Virus record (IMG/VR): IMGVR_UViG_3300046733_000629
DNA length: 64,000 bases
Direction: 5' to 3' (one strand)
Source of the DNA: a virus
Lineage: Duplodnaviria > Caudoviricetes
Part shown: one piece after another, positions 63,154-64,000 of the stretch
How positions within the stretch are numbered: the first letter of the stretch is position 1
How the letters are laid out: every line of letters starts with the position of its first letter
Program-made: the position numbers and the translations under genes
The notes under the pieces: model-generated
Told to the model about the DNA's origin: nothing
The model's database searches: none
Seen by the model: the letters and a program-made list of their open reading frames with translations, nothing else

Positions 63154-63363
63154 ATGGATAGCAAACTCAGAAGCCTTATCAAAACTATATCATGGAGACT
63201 AACAGGCACTCTCGCAACCTTTATAATAAGTTACATAATACTACGTGATCTTACAGTCAGTGGCTCAATTGCTATTATTCAATTAACAGCCAATTCGATA
63301 ATCTTTTATTTCCATGAACGTTTATGGAATGTGATTAGTTGGGGCAAAGACAAATCAAACTAA
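63154..63363 (+). CDS. DUF2061-like membrane protein
   Basis: RSLIKTISWR..GT..TF..SY...Y.HERLWN..SWG; ATG 4 nt after TAAATA. Confidence 0.8.
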   Translation: MDSKLRSLIKTISWRLTGTLATFIISYIILRDLTVSGSIAIIQLTANSIIFYFHERLWNVISWGKDKSN

Positions 63364-63588
63364 ATCATACTTTTTAATTTTATGTATTAATAATGTTCTG
63401 CCAATACCTAATTCTTTGGCAGTCTTTGTTCTGTTGTTGTTTTGATTTAATAATGCAGATTCAATTCTTTGCTTTTCAATTTCTTCTAATTCTACATTCA
63501 ACGGCTTACTTGGACACCATCTTTCTTGCATAGAATCTAATTGGTCAAATATATAATCTTGTTCTTCAATATTATCTATATATTTCAT
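63355..63588 (-). CDS. Fis-like helix-turn-helix protein (HTH_8)
   Basis: IEKQRIESAL.....NRTKTAKELGIGRTLL..KIKKY. Confidence 0.82.
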   Translation of the reverse strand: MKYIDNIEEQDYIFDQLDSMQERWCPSKPLNVELEEIEKQRIESALLNQNNNRTKTAKELGIGRTLLIHKIKKYDLV

Positions 63589-63674
63589 TTTATTTCCTTA
63601 TAATCATTAAGTATAGTGTAAATATTTTTACAGTATTTTATAAATAGTAGTAGTTAATTAAGGAGAAGCATACT

Positions 63675-64000
63675 ATGAAAGTATTTATTCGAGCGTTAAT
63701 CATTACTATATTTGTTGCAATATCTGGCTCAGTTGTATATGCCGATCCTATTGTTACTGAAAGTACTAGTACAAGTAACGTAACAACAAAAGGTGACACA
63801 AAAACTACTGTAAAAAGTCCACCTCCTAGTGCTATTAGTCCAAGTATGAATAACAGCAATAGTGATTTATGTACAGTAGGTATATCAGGTGCAGTGCAAA
63901 CACAGATACTTGGTATAAGTGGTGGAAGCACAGTTAGAGATATGAACTGTGAAAGACTCAAATTATCTAAAACAATCTACGACATGGGTATGAAGGTCGC
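63675..64000 (+). CDS. Secreted/exported hypothetical protein, partial
   Basis: MKVFIRALII...YA|DPIVT...SPPPSAISP...DLCTVG.SGAVQTQILGISGG...NCERLKLSK; late promoter and AAGGAGA SD; runs off the right edge. Confidence 0.7.
   Translation, partial: MKVFIRALIITIFVAISGSVVYADPIVTESTSTSNVTTKGDTKTTVKSPPPSAISPSMNNSNSDLCTVGISGAVQTQILGISGGSTVRDMNCERLKLSKTIYDMGMKV

Noticed and set aside
1-64000. CRISPR/TIGR arrays, tRNAs, rRNA, DGR template/variable repeats, reverse transcriptase, integrase, inteins
   Set aside because: No regularly spaced repeat arrays, cloverleaf/T-loop signatures, RT or recombinase motifs, or C...HN intein ends were seen by eye. tRNAscan, CRT and HMM scans would confirm.
1-64000. 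Stop-codon reassignment (code 15/4), as seen in some large phages
   Set aside because: Conserved genes are full length in code 11, and TAG and TGA both terminate plausible ORFs.

Overview
This 64-kb window is part of an AT-rich, T4-related jumbo myophage genome. The gene order resembles the GAP32/Rak2/XacN1-type large myoviruses (inferred from recalled gene order, not a search), and the accessory genes suggest an aquatic proteobacterial host. Left to right: (1) head module on the minus strand (scaffold, gp21 prohead protease, acidic core protein, gp20 portal), then two paralogous tape-measure-like proteins; (2) gp26/gp51-like baseplate hub genes; (3) a ~600-nt ORF-free, stem-loop-rich element with its own sigma70 promoter, directly downstream of a stand-alone GIY-YIG nuclease, itself downstream of gp55, gp47 and gp46; (4) an HxGH nucleotidyltransferase and the baseplate/tail operon (gp48/54-, gp53-, gp27-, gp5-, gp25-, gp6-like, a 3374-aa wedge protein, fibres); (5) a modification island (glycosyltransferase-like proteins, radical SAM enzymes, 2OG-Fe(II) oxygenase, Cys-nucleophile hydrolase-like protein, small putative substrate proteins); (6) a 49.6-53.2 kb zone of early promoters, small genes and non-coding repeats/palindromes, a candidate origin or packaging/terminus region; (7) a second modification cluster (split radical SAM/SPASM, carbamoyltransferase, methyltransferases), small membrane and nucleoid proteins, and a TctA/TctC transporter pair. 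I found no tRNA, rRNA, CRISPR array, integrase or reverse transcriptase. The standard genetic code fits. The best candidate for an undescribed system is the large structured ncRNA coupled to the GIY-YIG nuclease (10075-11153). All protein assignments come from recognising motifs by eye; no database searches were run.
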